Shown one piece after another: positions 30,838-38,876 of a DNA stretch of 64,000 nucleotides. This DNA is from Rickettsiales bacterium (GTDB lineage Bacteria; Pseudomonadota; Alphaproteobacteria; Rickettsiales; UBA3002). Made by a program: the position numbers and the translations under genes. Each line of letters opens with the position of its first letter. The stretch's first letter is position 1. Location of the stretch: the NCBI GenBank assembly GCA_965247335.1, contig CBDFGU010000009.1, forward strand, positions 395,519 to 459,518, given 5' to 3'. The notes below the pieces were generated by a model that did no database searches, was not told where the DNA came from, and saw only the letters and a list, made by a program, of their open reading frames with translations.

Positions 30838-31857
30838 CTAGACCGGATAATAACGCACGGCATCGCCAATAGTGACGCTTGCCTGTCGCGCCAGACGAGG
30901 TGTGATATGAACGCCGTTCTCTAAGCCCTTCTGCAGGCGGCCCACAGCACAGCGAAAACCAGTAAGCTGGTCGTTCGCCAACATATACCTATCGGTTTCC
31001 TCCGGTAGTTCCGATATCGTAACGACTTTTGCGACAGTGCTTTTCGTCACGACATCCACGTGCTTCCTATCCGCAATCAGGGTAGGTCCACCATCAAAGA
31101 TATCCACATACCCGGTATATTTGAACCCTTGCTTTTCAAGCATGGTCTGCGCCGGTTCGGAGGCGGCATTCACTTTCCCCACCACCGCCTGTGCGGATTT
31201 TGGCAATAAACTGATATAGACCGGGTATTTGGGCATAAGGTCATTGATGAATTGATTGCCTTGGGTAGCATTAATATAATCGGCTTTGGCAAAATTCATT
31301 TGAAAGAACTTTTTCGGTAAAGCATTGTAAAAAGGCGCACTTCCGTCGATATCATGCACGCCCCGCATTTCAGCGATCACCTGATCGGCAAAATAATGCG
31401 GAAAGGCGGCCATGAACATGAAGCGCGACAACGACATCATTTTACCCAGACGATCGCGCCGATAGGCGGGCTCAAGGAACAGCGAGCCCACTTCGGTTGC
31501 ACCGGTCAAGTCATTGGTTACCTGCAGCATAGTTTGCTTTGAGAAGATGTCGAGTTGAGTCGATGCCTGGGTAATCGTGGTCAATTTATAGGAATAAAAC
31601 GGTTGTGTAAGGCCTATGCGGGCTTTGATGCCGCAGGTTCCAGCGATATGGCCGCCTTTCTCGGGATCTTCCAGCACGAAAAAGAAGCTTTCCTGCCCCG
31701 GTTTGGGATACTTTCCGGCAAAACTGGCGACGGAAGCCTCAATTTTGTCGCCTAATACTGCGGAATCGGGCGGCAGGCTCGTCATCCCGAACCCGGCCTG
31801 TTTGGCAAGCTCCAGTACGGCTGCGTGGTCGTCGATAGTCGCCGGGCGCAAAAACAC
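30838..31857 (-). CDS. astA: arginine N-succinyltransferase
   Basis: 'LTSLP', 'FFFVLED', 'SLSRFMFMAAFPHYFADQVIAEMRGV' and 'IFDGGPTL' match AstA/AruF. Confidence 0.9.
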   Translation of the reverse strand: MFLRPATIDDHAAVLELAKQAGFGMTSLPPDSAVLGDKIEASVASFAGKYPKPGQESFFFVLEDPEKGGHIAGTCGIKARIGLTQPFYSYKLTTITQASTQLDIFSKQTMLQVTNDLTGATEVGSLFLEPAYRRDRLGKMMSLSRFMFMAAFPHYFADQVIAEMRGVHDIDGSAPFYNALPKKFFQMNFAKADYINATQGNQFINDLMPKYPVYISLLPKSAQAVVGKVNAASEPAQTMLEKQGFKYTGYVDIFDGGPTLIADRKHVDVVTKSTVAKVVTISELPEETDRYMLANDQLTGFRCAVGRLQKGLENGVHITPRLARQASVTIGDAVRYYPV

Positions 31858-31901
31858 TTTGATACCTTTCGGTTAAGCGTCCTTACAGCATACGCCGACT
31901 A

Positions 31902-33158
31902 TCACCCCGCTTCAAGTGGCAGTGCGGCATCACCTTTGGCTAACTTCATGAGCAATAGCGCGGAAAGCTGGGCGCGCTCGGCAAAAGAATCGAGGTAGGC
32001 GACTTCTTTGTCCGAATGGATATTGGCCCCGCGCACGCCAAGCGTATCGACATTAGGCAGGCCGTGATGCCAGAGGTTATTGCCATCGCAGCAACCGCCG
32101 GAAGGTTTATTGGTGATGGTGAGCCCGAGTTCATGGCCGCATTGTTCAACGAGATCGAATACGGCTTTGACGGCCGGTGCCATCGGCTTTGGCTGCCGCG
32201 TGAAATGCCCATGTAGTTCCGCTTGATAGCCATCCTTGTTCGATAGGTTCTCCACAAACTTATGCAGTTCGCCCATCACCCAGCTTTCGTCTTCCACCAC
32301 ACGCGTGCGGATATTGAAGCGCAGGATGGCGAGATCCGGCACGACGTTAAGCGCCCCACCGCCTTCAATCTTGCCGGGGTTAACGGTGACCCCTTCGCGC
32401 TGTCCATTGAGGGAAAAGATTTGCTGCGTCAGCTCTGCCAACGCAACGATGGCGTTGCGCCCGTCCTCCGGATTGCGGCCCGCATGCGCCGCGCGCCCAT
32501 GCACCACGACAGAAAAATTCCCACTGCCCTTGCGCACCCCCGCAAGCGAGCCATCCGGCTGCGCCGGTTCATAGACCATGCCCAACAATTTGCCTGCAGC
32601 GGCTTCCTTCAGTAACGGATCGGAGGCGACGGAGCCGATCTCCTCATCCGGGTTAAGCAATACTTGCCAGCCAAGGTTTTTGGCCCACGGGCTGCGCTCT
32701 AACGCCATTAATGCATGCAGCATGATAGTCAGACCGCCCTTGAGATCCGCCACGCCCGGCCCGTTCAGCAGATTGCCGTCGATGCGTTTGGATTTCTGGA
32801 AATGATGGTCGATCGGATAGACGGTATCCATATGGCCGACAAGCAATACCTGGATGGGTGCTTCAGGGCGTTTGGTAATGCGCAGGGCTTCGGCCATCGG
32901 CACCTCGATGAGGTTGCCCTGCGCGTCGACCTGTGTGATTGCCGGCAACGGCACCACTTCCGCTTTGCCTTTGAGCGGCGCGAATGCCTTGGTAAGCGCG
33001 GCTCGCATCGTGCGGATGCCCGCGATATTGTAGCTGCCGGAATTGATGGCGGACCAACGCTCGGTCAGCGCAATCATGGCATCGGCCTGCGACGCTACCC
33101 AATCGAGATAAGGTTGATAGTCTTTCATACTCATATGCTCAACCTGCCCTGTCGTCAT
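31902..33158 (-). CDS. M20-family metallohydrolase (carboxypeptidase G2-like); candidate succinylglutamate desuccinylase
   Basis: It has 'LLVGHMDTVYP', 'DEEIGS' and the M20 dimerisation-domain layout, and it is embedded in the AST operon. The ATG at 33158 lies inside a repeat element, so the real start may be 33134 or 33128. Confidence 0.75.
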   Translation of the reverse strand: MTTGQVEHMSMKDYQPYLDWVASQADAMIALTERWSAINSGSYNIAGIRTMRAALTKAFAPLKGKAEVVPLPAITQVDAQGNLIEVPMAEALRITKRPEAPIQVLLVGHMDTVYPIDHHFQKSKRIDGNLLNGPGVADLKGGLTIMLHALMALERSPWAKNLGWQVLLNPDEEIGSVASDPLLKEAAAGKLLGMVYEPAQPDGSLAGVRKGSGNFSVVVHGRAAHAGRNPEDGRNAIVALAELTQQIFSLNGQREGVTVNPGKIEGGGALNVVPDLAILRFNIRTRVVEDESWVMGELHKFVENLSNKDGYQAELHGHFTRQPKPMAPAVKAVFDLVEQCGHELGLTITNKPSGGCCDGNNLWHHGLPNVDTLGVRGANIHSDKEVAYLDSFAERAQLSALLLMKLAKGDAALPLEAG

Positions 33159-33223
33159 TCCAGCGAACGCTGGAATCTACCTTAATGACTTTTGAGATGG
33201 ATTCCAGCGTTCGCTGGAATGAC
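33154..33223. repeat. 70-nt double-hairpin palindromic element, copy 1 (intergenic)
   Basis: 'gtcattccagcGAACgctggaatc' and 'ggattccagcGTTCgctggaatgac' are separated by ~22 nt. Each arm is an 8-bp stem around a 4-nt loop, and the arms are reverse complements of each other. Confidence 0.9.
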
Positions 33224-33234
33224 AAATTTTCAAA

Positions 33235-34491
33235 CTATGCCGCTTTGTAAGCGATGAGTGCCGCCTTGAACCGCGCGAGGCCCTTGCTCAATTCCTCGTC
33301 CGTGATAGTCAGCGGTGGCAGGAACCGCATCACGTTCGGGCCTGCAACGAGCACTAACACTCCGGCCTGGCGCGCGGCTTCCGAGATATCACCGGATTTG
33401 CCCGCGTGTTCTTTGATGAGCTCCGCACCGATCATCAGCCCACGCCCGCGTATTTCAATAAAGAGGCCGAGTTCCTGGTTGATGCCTTCAAGCCCTTGGC
33501 GTAGTTTTTCGGCCTTGTCTTTCACGTTATCCAGCACTTCCTTGCTGCTGAGCTTGGTGACGGAGGCCAGTGCCACCGCCGACACGACCGGGTTGCCACC
33601 AAACGTCGTGCCATGCGTGCCGAATTGCAGCACATCCTGCGCTTTCTCGCCGACCAGCATCGCGCCGATGGGCAAGCCGCCGCCAAGAGCTTTGGCGAGA
33701 GTCACGACATCGGGTTTGATGCCGTCCTGTTCAAAAGCGAACAAGGTGCCGGTGCGGCCCATCCCAGCCTGGATTTCATCGAGAACAAGCAACGCGCCAA
33801 CCTTGTCACACAGGCTGCGTAGATGTTTCAGGAAGCCTGGTTTCGCCGGCATTACCCCACCTTCGCCCTGCACGGGCTCAACGAAGATGGCGCAGGTATT
33901 TTCATCGACCAGCGCCTCAATCGCTGCCTCGTCGTTAAATGTATCACAATAGACGAACCCGCCCGGCATCGGCTCGAAACCAAGGTGATACTTGGGCTGC
34001 GCGGTAAGCGTTACCGTCGCCATGGTACGGCCATGGAACGAGCCGTTGAAGCTGATGATATTACGTTGGGCGGGAGTTCTGCCTTTATCCGCCGCATATT
34101 TACGACACAGCTTGATGGCAGCTTCGTTCGCTTCCGCCCCTGAATTGCACAGGAAGGCGCGGCTCGCAAAACCCGAAAGCTCGACCAGTTTTTCCGCTAA
34201 CGCGATGGGCGGTTCGGTAAAGAAGATATTGCTGGTGTGCCAGAGTTTGCGCGATTGAACATCGAGTGCCGCCAGCAGATCCGGGTCTTGATGGCCGAGG
34301 CTGCACACGGCGATTCCTGCACCGAGATCAATATAGTCGGTGCCGTCGAGGTCCCACACCGTCGCGCCTTTGCCATGATCGAGCACCATGTCGCGCGGTT
34401 TATAATTCGGCACGTAATATTTACGGCCCTTGGCGATAAGCTCCGCAGAGAGCGCGCCGAGATTATGGGTCGAAGGAGGAAGCTTGGACAT
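33235..34491 (-). CDS. astC: succinylornithine/acetylornithine aminotransferase
   Basis: 418-aa class-III PLP aminotransferase ('GHQDPDLL', 'CNSGAEANEAAIK', 'DEIQAGMGRTG', 'LAKALGGGLPIGA'). It is the first gene of the AST cluster. Confidence 0.88.
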   Translation of the reverse strand: MSKLPPSTHNLGALSAELIAKGRKYYVPNYKPRDMVLDHGKGATVWDLDGTDYIDLGAGIAVCSLGHQDPDLLAALDVQSRKLWHTSNIFFTEPPIALAEKLVELSGFASRAFLCNSGAEANEAAIKLCRKYAADKGRTPAQRNIISFNGSFHGRTMATVTLTAQPKYHLGFEPMPGGFVYCDTFNDEAAIEALVDENTCAIFVEPVQGEGGVMPAKPGFLKHLRSLCDKVGALLVLDEIQAGMGRTGTLFAFEQDGIKPDVVTLAKALGGGLPIGAMLVGEKAQDVLQFGTHGTTFGGNPVVSAVALASVTKLSSKEVLDNVKDKAEKLRQGLEGINQELGLFIEIRGRGLMIGAELIKEHAGKSGDISEAARQAGVLVLVAGPNVMRFLPPLTITDEELSKGLARFKAALIAYKAA

Positions 34492-34569
34492 GGTTTGTTG
34501 CTTTCGTTTTTGATCGTCTGCAGTAACGCATAATCCGGCGCGATGCGCAAATCAACCCCGCCTCGTCCC

Positions 34570-34938
34570 TCAGTGCGGATCATCGAGCACCTGTACCGGC
34601 CGGATCTCGATCGCGCTCGGCCCCGGCATAGGGTTCGGGCAACGCTTCACCCAGGCGACCGCCTCGGCCATATCCTTCACTTCCCACAACCAGAACCCGG
34701 CGACCAGTTCGCTCGGGTAGGCAAAGGGACCGTCAATGACGCTGCGTTTATCACCATCGAACGCCACGCGCTTGCCCTGCGCGGATTCGGTAAGCCCGTC
34801 ACAGGAAATCAGGATACCGGCGCGCTCCAGCGCATCATTGTAGCGGCCCATCTCTTCCATCATTTGCGTCGCTTCCGGCGTGATCTTGAAACCTTTTTCA
34901 CTTTCGACCGTTGCTTTGACGAAAACCATGACACGCAT
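34570..34938 (-). CDS. YciI-like (DGPF domain) protein
   Basis: 'MRVMVFVKA' and 'DGPFAYPSELVAGFWLWEVKDMAEAVAW' fit the family. GGAGGATC lies upstream of the ATG at 34938. Confidence 0.75.
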   Translation of the reverse strand: MRVMVFVKATVESEKGFKITPEATQMMEEMGRYNDALERAGILISCDGLTESAQGKRVAFDGDKRSVIDGPFAYPSELVAGFWLWEVKDMAEAVAWVKRCPNPMPGPSAIEIRPVQVLDDPH

Positions 34939-34991
34939 AAGATCCTCCGTTTTATTTCGCTTTTTTATGGAACTCACGTTACAAAAAATCG

Positions 34992-35276
34992 ATGGGTACA
35001 ATCACCGCGATCCACCTCACCATCCATGGCCGCGTGCAGGGCGTGGGATACCGAGCCTGGACGGGTAGCGTCGCGCGCAAACTCGGCCTCAAGGGTTGGG
35101 TGCGCAACTGCACGCAGGGCACGGTCGAAGCAGTATTCATTGGTGAAGCGAAGATCCTTGAGCAGATGGTGAAGCATTGCCACACGGGGCCGATGAACGC
35201 GCGGGTGGACCAGATCGAACGCGGCGAATGGGCCGACATGTCGCCCACCGATTTTAGGCAATTGCCGACGGTTTAA
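34992..35276 (+). CDS. acyP: acylphosphatase
   Basis: 'IHGRVQGVGYRAW....A..LGLKGWVRN...GTVEA' is the acylphosphatase signature. Confidence 0.9.
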   Translation: MGTITAIHLTIHGRVQGVGYRAWTGSVARKLGLKGWVRNCTQGTVEAVFIGEAKILEQMVKHCHTGPMNARVDQIERGEWADMSPTDFRQLPTV

Positions 35277-35899
35277 GCAAAGACCTTTACGAAATTTTTT
35301 TGCAGTGCGGATTGCACCTCATTCATCGTCGCCTCGACACCCATCTCCCTGAACGACGTCACCCCGAATTCACGGATGCCGCAGGGCACGATGCCCGCAT
35401 AATGCGCAAGGTCCGGCATCACGTTGAGCGCGACGCCGTGGCTCGTCACCCATTTCTGCACACGCACACCGAGCGCCGCAATTTTTGCCTCACCTTTTTT
35501 CGTGTTCACCCACACCCCGACGCGCCCCTCGCGAATGAAACCCGCGATGCCGAACTCGGCGAGCGTGAGGATCAGCCAGTGCTCGAGATCCTGCACATAG
35601 GCCCGCAGGTCCGGGCCCGCGTGACCCGCATGCGCCTTCAAATCGCGCAGTACATAGGCCACCTGCTGGCCCGGGCCGTGATAGGTCACCTGCCCGCCAC
35701 GGCCGCTTTCATAGGTTGGAATAGCATCCTTACCCAGCACATCGGTCGCCTTGGCGCTTGTGCCTAACGTGTAGAGCGGTGGATGTTCGACCAGCCATGT
35801 CAGCTCTTCGCCACCGTGTTGAATCGCCGCGACCCGCGCTGCCATCGCTTCGAGTGCGACGGAGTACTCTGTCAATCCGGGGGTGATCTTCCATTCCAT
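35273..35899 (-). CDS. lipB: octanoyltransferase (lipoyl(octanoyl) transferase)
   Basis: It has 'LVEHPPLYTLGTSA', 'RGGQVTYHGPGQ' and 'KIAALGVRV....TSHGVALNV'. The start is uncertain (35899 to 35983). Confidence 0.9.
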   Translation of the reverse strand: MEWKITPGLTEYSVALEAMAARVAAIQHGGEELTWLVEHPPLYTLGTSAKATDVLGKDAIPTYESGRGGQVTYHGPGQQVAYVLRDLKAHAGHAGPDLRAYVQDLEHWLILTLAEFGIAGFIREGRVGVWVNTKKGEAKIAALGVRVQKWVTSHGVALNVMPDLAHYAGIVPCGIREFGVTSFREMGVEATMNEVQSALQKNFVKVFA

Positions 35900-36015
35900 A
35901 TTTGGCTTATAGCGCATGGATGTTGCCATGAAAGCGCGAATCGTCCGTAGCGGGCGGATAAAGGTTGCACGGGCCCCTAACATTTGCTATCCCGCCCCTC
36001 CTAGCTGGCTGGTGT

Positions 36016-36100
36016 GCGACCGTGGTGGAATTGGTAGACACACTACCTTGAGGTGGTAACGGGGCGACCCATGGAAGTTCGAGTCTTCTCGGTCGCACCA
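36016..36100 (+). tRNA. tRNA-Leu (anticodon GAG), CCA encoded
   Basis: The acceptor stem is gcgaccg/cggtcgc. It has a D arm 'gtggaattggtagacac', an anticodon stem-loop 'ctacc ttGAGgt ggtag/a', a long variable arm and the T arm 'ggaagttcgagtcttcc'-like. Confidence 0.9.
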
Positions 36101-36182
36101 GCCAGCTAGTCTATACCGGGTCAGTCCATCGTCCAATCACCACGGAGCCTCCCTAGCGGGTGCAAACATCAACACAGGGAGC

Positions 36183-37595
36183 GTGAGCATGAGCGATACC
36201 AACGACCCGCTTCCCGAATCCGCCGACTCCTCCGAAAACGATTCCCGCTTCGCCCTGCACCCCGAATTGTTGGCCGCTATTTTTGAGGCCATCGAGCAGC
36301 AGGATGTTGTCGAGACCCACCGGCTCGTCTCACCGCTGCCCGCGCCGGATCAGGCCGAACTCTACGAACAGCTGAACCATGACGAGCGCGTCTGGCTGAC
36401 CGATGCGCTCGCCGGTGATTTCGATTCGGATACGCTCGCCGAGCTGTCGCCCGAGGCCGCCGAGGACGTGATTGAAGCGCTCGGCACCGAGAAATCCGTC
36501 GAGGTGCTTGCCGAGCTCGAGACCGATGATGCCGTGCACATCCTTGAAGATTTGAGCGCTGCCGAACAGCTCGAATTGCTTGAGGGCATGCCGATTGAAA
36601 TGCGCGAGGACCTCGAGGAGAGCCTTACCTATGCGCCTGAATCCGCCGGCCGCCTCATGCGTAAGGCGCTCGTCGCGGTGCCCGAATTCTGGACGGTGGG
36701 CGATACGATCGACTTCCTGCGCGCCGCCGACGAACTGCCGGAATATTTCTACATCATCTATACCGTGAACGCCGGTTTCGTGCCGACCGGCCGCGTCATG
36801 CTTGGCAGCATCCTTGGCCATAAGCGCGACATCCCGCTCGAACAGATCCGCCAGACCAATCTCTACGCCGTCAATACCGATACCGATCAGGAAGAAGTCG
36901 CCTACCTTTTCCGCAAATACGCGCTGGTCGAGGCACCGGTCATCAATTTTGAAGGCGTGCTGGTCGGTACCATCACGGTCGATGACGTGGTCGACGTGAT
37001 GGTCGAAGAAGAGGAAGAGGATTACCTGCGCGCCGGGGGTGTCGCCGGCTCCGACTTCCAGTCGAGCGTATGGGAGACGGTGCGTGCCCGCTTCGGCTGG
37101 CTGTTCGTCAACCTGCTGACCGCAGTGCTCGCTTCCTCCGTCATCAGTATGTTCGAACACACCATCGAGAAAATCGTCGCCCTCGCCTTGATGATGCCGA
37201 TGGTCGCCAGCATGGGCGGCAATACCGGCACCCAGACCGTCACTGTTGCCGTGCGCGCCATCGCGACGCGCCAGCTCAATGCCTCCAACAGCCGCAATTA
37301 TATCGTCAAGGAAACGCTCATTGGCTGCGTGAACGGGTTCGGTCTCGGCTGCATCATGGCCCTCGGTGTCTATGTGCTGTTCATGGATATCAAGCTCGCC
37401 ATCGTGATGCTGCTGGCCGCGACGACAACGATGACCATGGCGGGTCTCTGGGGTTCGATGATTCCCATCTTCCTGCACAAGCGCGGCTTCGACCCGGCGA
37501 TCTCGAGCACCATTTTCCTGACGACCGTAACGGACTGTGTCGGCTTCTTCAGCTTCCTTGGCCTCGCGACCCTAATCCTGCTCGCCGCACAATAG
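36183..37595 (+). CDS. mgtE: magnesium transporter MgtE
   Basis: It has an acidic N-domain, tandem CBS domains, and a C-terminal TM domain with 'MPMVASMGGNTGTQ'. The start is GTG at 36183 or ATG at 36189. Confidence 0.92.
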   Translation: MSMSDTNDPLPESADSSENDSRFALHPELLAAIFEAIEQQDVVETHRLVSPLPAPDQAELYEQLNHDERVWLTDALAGDFDSDTLAELSPEAAEDVIEALGTEKSVEVLAELETDDAVHILEDLSAAEQLELLEGMPIEMREDLEESLTYAPESAGRLMRKALVAVPEFWTVGDTIDFLRAADELPEYFYIIYTVNAGFVPTGRVMLGSILGHKRDIPLEQIRQTNLYAVNTDTDQEEVAYLFRKYALVEAPVINFEGVLVGTITVDDVVDVMVEEEEEDYLRAGGVAGSDFQSSVWETVRARFGWLFVNLLTAVLASSVISMFEHTIEKIVALALMMPMVASMGGNTGTQTVTVAVRAIATRQLNASNSRNYIVKETLIGCVNGFGLGCIMALGVYVLFMDIKLAIVMLLAATTTMTMAGLWGSMIPIFLHKRGFDPAISSTIFLTTVTDCVGFFSFLGLATLILLAAQ

Positions 37596-37646
37596 GTATT
37601 GCAATATTGCGACTGAAGTGCGCGAATTGACGCAGGAGAACATACT

Positions 37647-38234
37647 ATGAAACATTTCGCGCGTACCTTCCTTACGATCGCCACCTTGATGATCGCCACG
37701 AATGCCATGGCTGCCACCCAAACCGCCATGTTCGCTGGCGGCTGCTTCTGGTGCATGCAATATGCCTTCGATAAAATGAAAGGTGTGACGACCTTGGTCG
37801 GCTATTCCGGCGGCACGGTCGCCAACCCGACCTACGAGCAGGTCAGCAGCGGCACCACTGGTCATTTTGAAACGATTCAAGTGACCTATGATCCCGCGCA
37901 GGTGAAGTACGAAGCGCTACTCGAGACGTACATCGAGAATATCGATCCGACTGACCCGAACGGCCAGTTCGCCGACCAGGGCACGCAATATATGCCCGCT
38001 ATTTTCTACGCCGATGAGGCGCAGAAAAAAGCCGCGGAAAAAGCGCTGGCCGATGTCGCATCGAAATTTGGTAAAAAGCCGATCGTGGTAAAAGTCAAAC
38101 CAGCCAAACCTTTCTACGCCGCCGAAGAGCACCACCAGAAATATTACCAGAAAGCCCCGAGCGCTTTCCAGGCCTACGAACACGGTTCCGGCCGCGCGGA
38201 TTATCTCGAGCGGACGTGGGGTACGACGAAATAG
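37647..38234 (+). CDS. msrA: peptide-methionine (S)-S-oxide reductase with an N-terminal signal peptide
   Basis: It has 'AGGCFWCMQ', the catalytic GCFWC motif, and 'HHQKYY'. The core is preceded by MKHFARTFLTIATLMIATNAMA. Confidence 0.9.
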   Translation: MKHFARTFLTIATLMIATNAMAATQTAMFAGGCFWCMQYAFDKMKGVTTLVGYSGGTVANPTYEQVSSGTTGHFETIQVTYDPAQVKYEALLETYIENIDPTDPNGQFADQGTQYMPAIFYADEAQKKAAEKALADVASKFGKKPIVVKVKPAKPFYAAEEHHQKYYQKAPSAFQAYEHGSGRADYLERTWGTTK

Positions 38235-38357
38235 CCATTCACACTGGCATGCCGTCTTCATGACGGCATGCGCGCCTCTTAAACAATATAGTTTTTGGAA
38301 ATATAGTTATTGGCGCAGACCCCGCCATGCAACGGGGTGGCAACGCCTGGTGAATGC

Positions 38358-38876
38358 CTAGCTAATCAACCGCAAATTCTCGAGAATGCGGATTTCCGCT
38401 TCGCTCTGCGGCTCGTCGTTATCGTTGTCGTTATCGCCTGCATCTACCCCGCTATCGACCACCGGCGAAATGCTGCGGCGGGCGGATTCAGCGCGCATAT
38501 CCTCGATCGCGAGACGCTCGGTGCGTTTCAGTTTGCCGTCAACCCGCGCGCCGTCCTCAATCGTCAGCGATTCATGCATGATGGTACCGCGCACGGTCGC
38601 GGTCGCGAACACCGTCACGTTCTCGGCCTTGATAAGCCCGTCGATCACCCCATGCACGAATACTTCCTGCGCGATGAGGTCGCCCCGGATGCGGCCATTG
38701 GGGCGCACCGTTACTGAATGCCCGCGCACATTGCCGTCCACCTGCCCGTCGATATCGAGGATCCCGTCACTGACGATATTGCCGAGGACGTTCATGTTGG
38801 CTGCGACCACCGATGGCTCGAGCACTTTGCGCGAACCGGCTTCGTGGGTCTTGTTCTTAGTTGAGCGCCCGAACAT
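38358..38876 (-). CDS. bactofilin family protein
   Basis: 'VLGNIVSDGILDIDGQVDGNVRGHSVTVRPNGRIRGDLIAQEVFVHGVIDGLIKAENVTVFATATVRGTIMHESLTIEDGARVDG' is the bactofilin repeat. The N-terminus 'MFGRSTKNK' looks like the bactofilin membrane-targeting peptide. Confidence 0.88.
   Translation of the reverse strand: MFGRSTKNKTHEAGSRKVLEPSVVAANMNVLGNIVSDGILDIDGQVDGNVRGHSVTVRPNGRIRGDLIAQEVFVHGVIDGLIKAENVTVFATATVRGTIMHESLTIEDGARVDGKLKRTERLAIEDMRAESARRSISPVVDSGVDAGDNDNDNDEPQSEAEIRILENLRLIS

Noticed and set aside
38241-38272. The hairpin 'gcatgccgtcttcatgacggcatgc' after msrA shares 'catgacggcatgcg' with 51726..51739, which raised the possibility of a third repeat family.
   Set aside because: The shared segment is only about 14 nt and is GC-rich and palindromic. 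That is too short to distinguish from chance without a genome-wide count.
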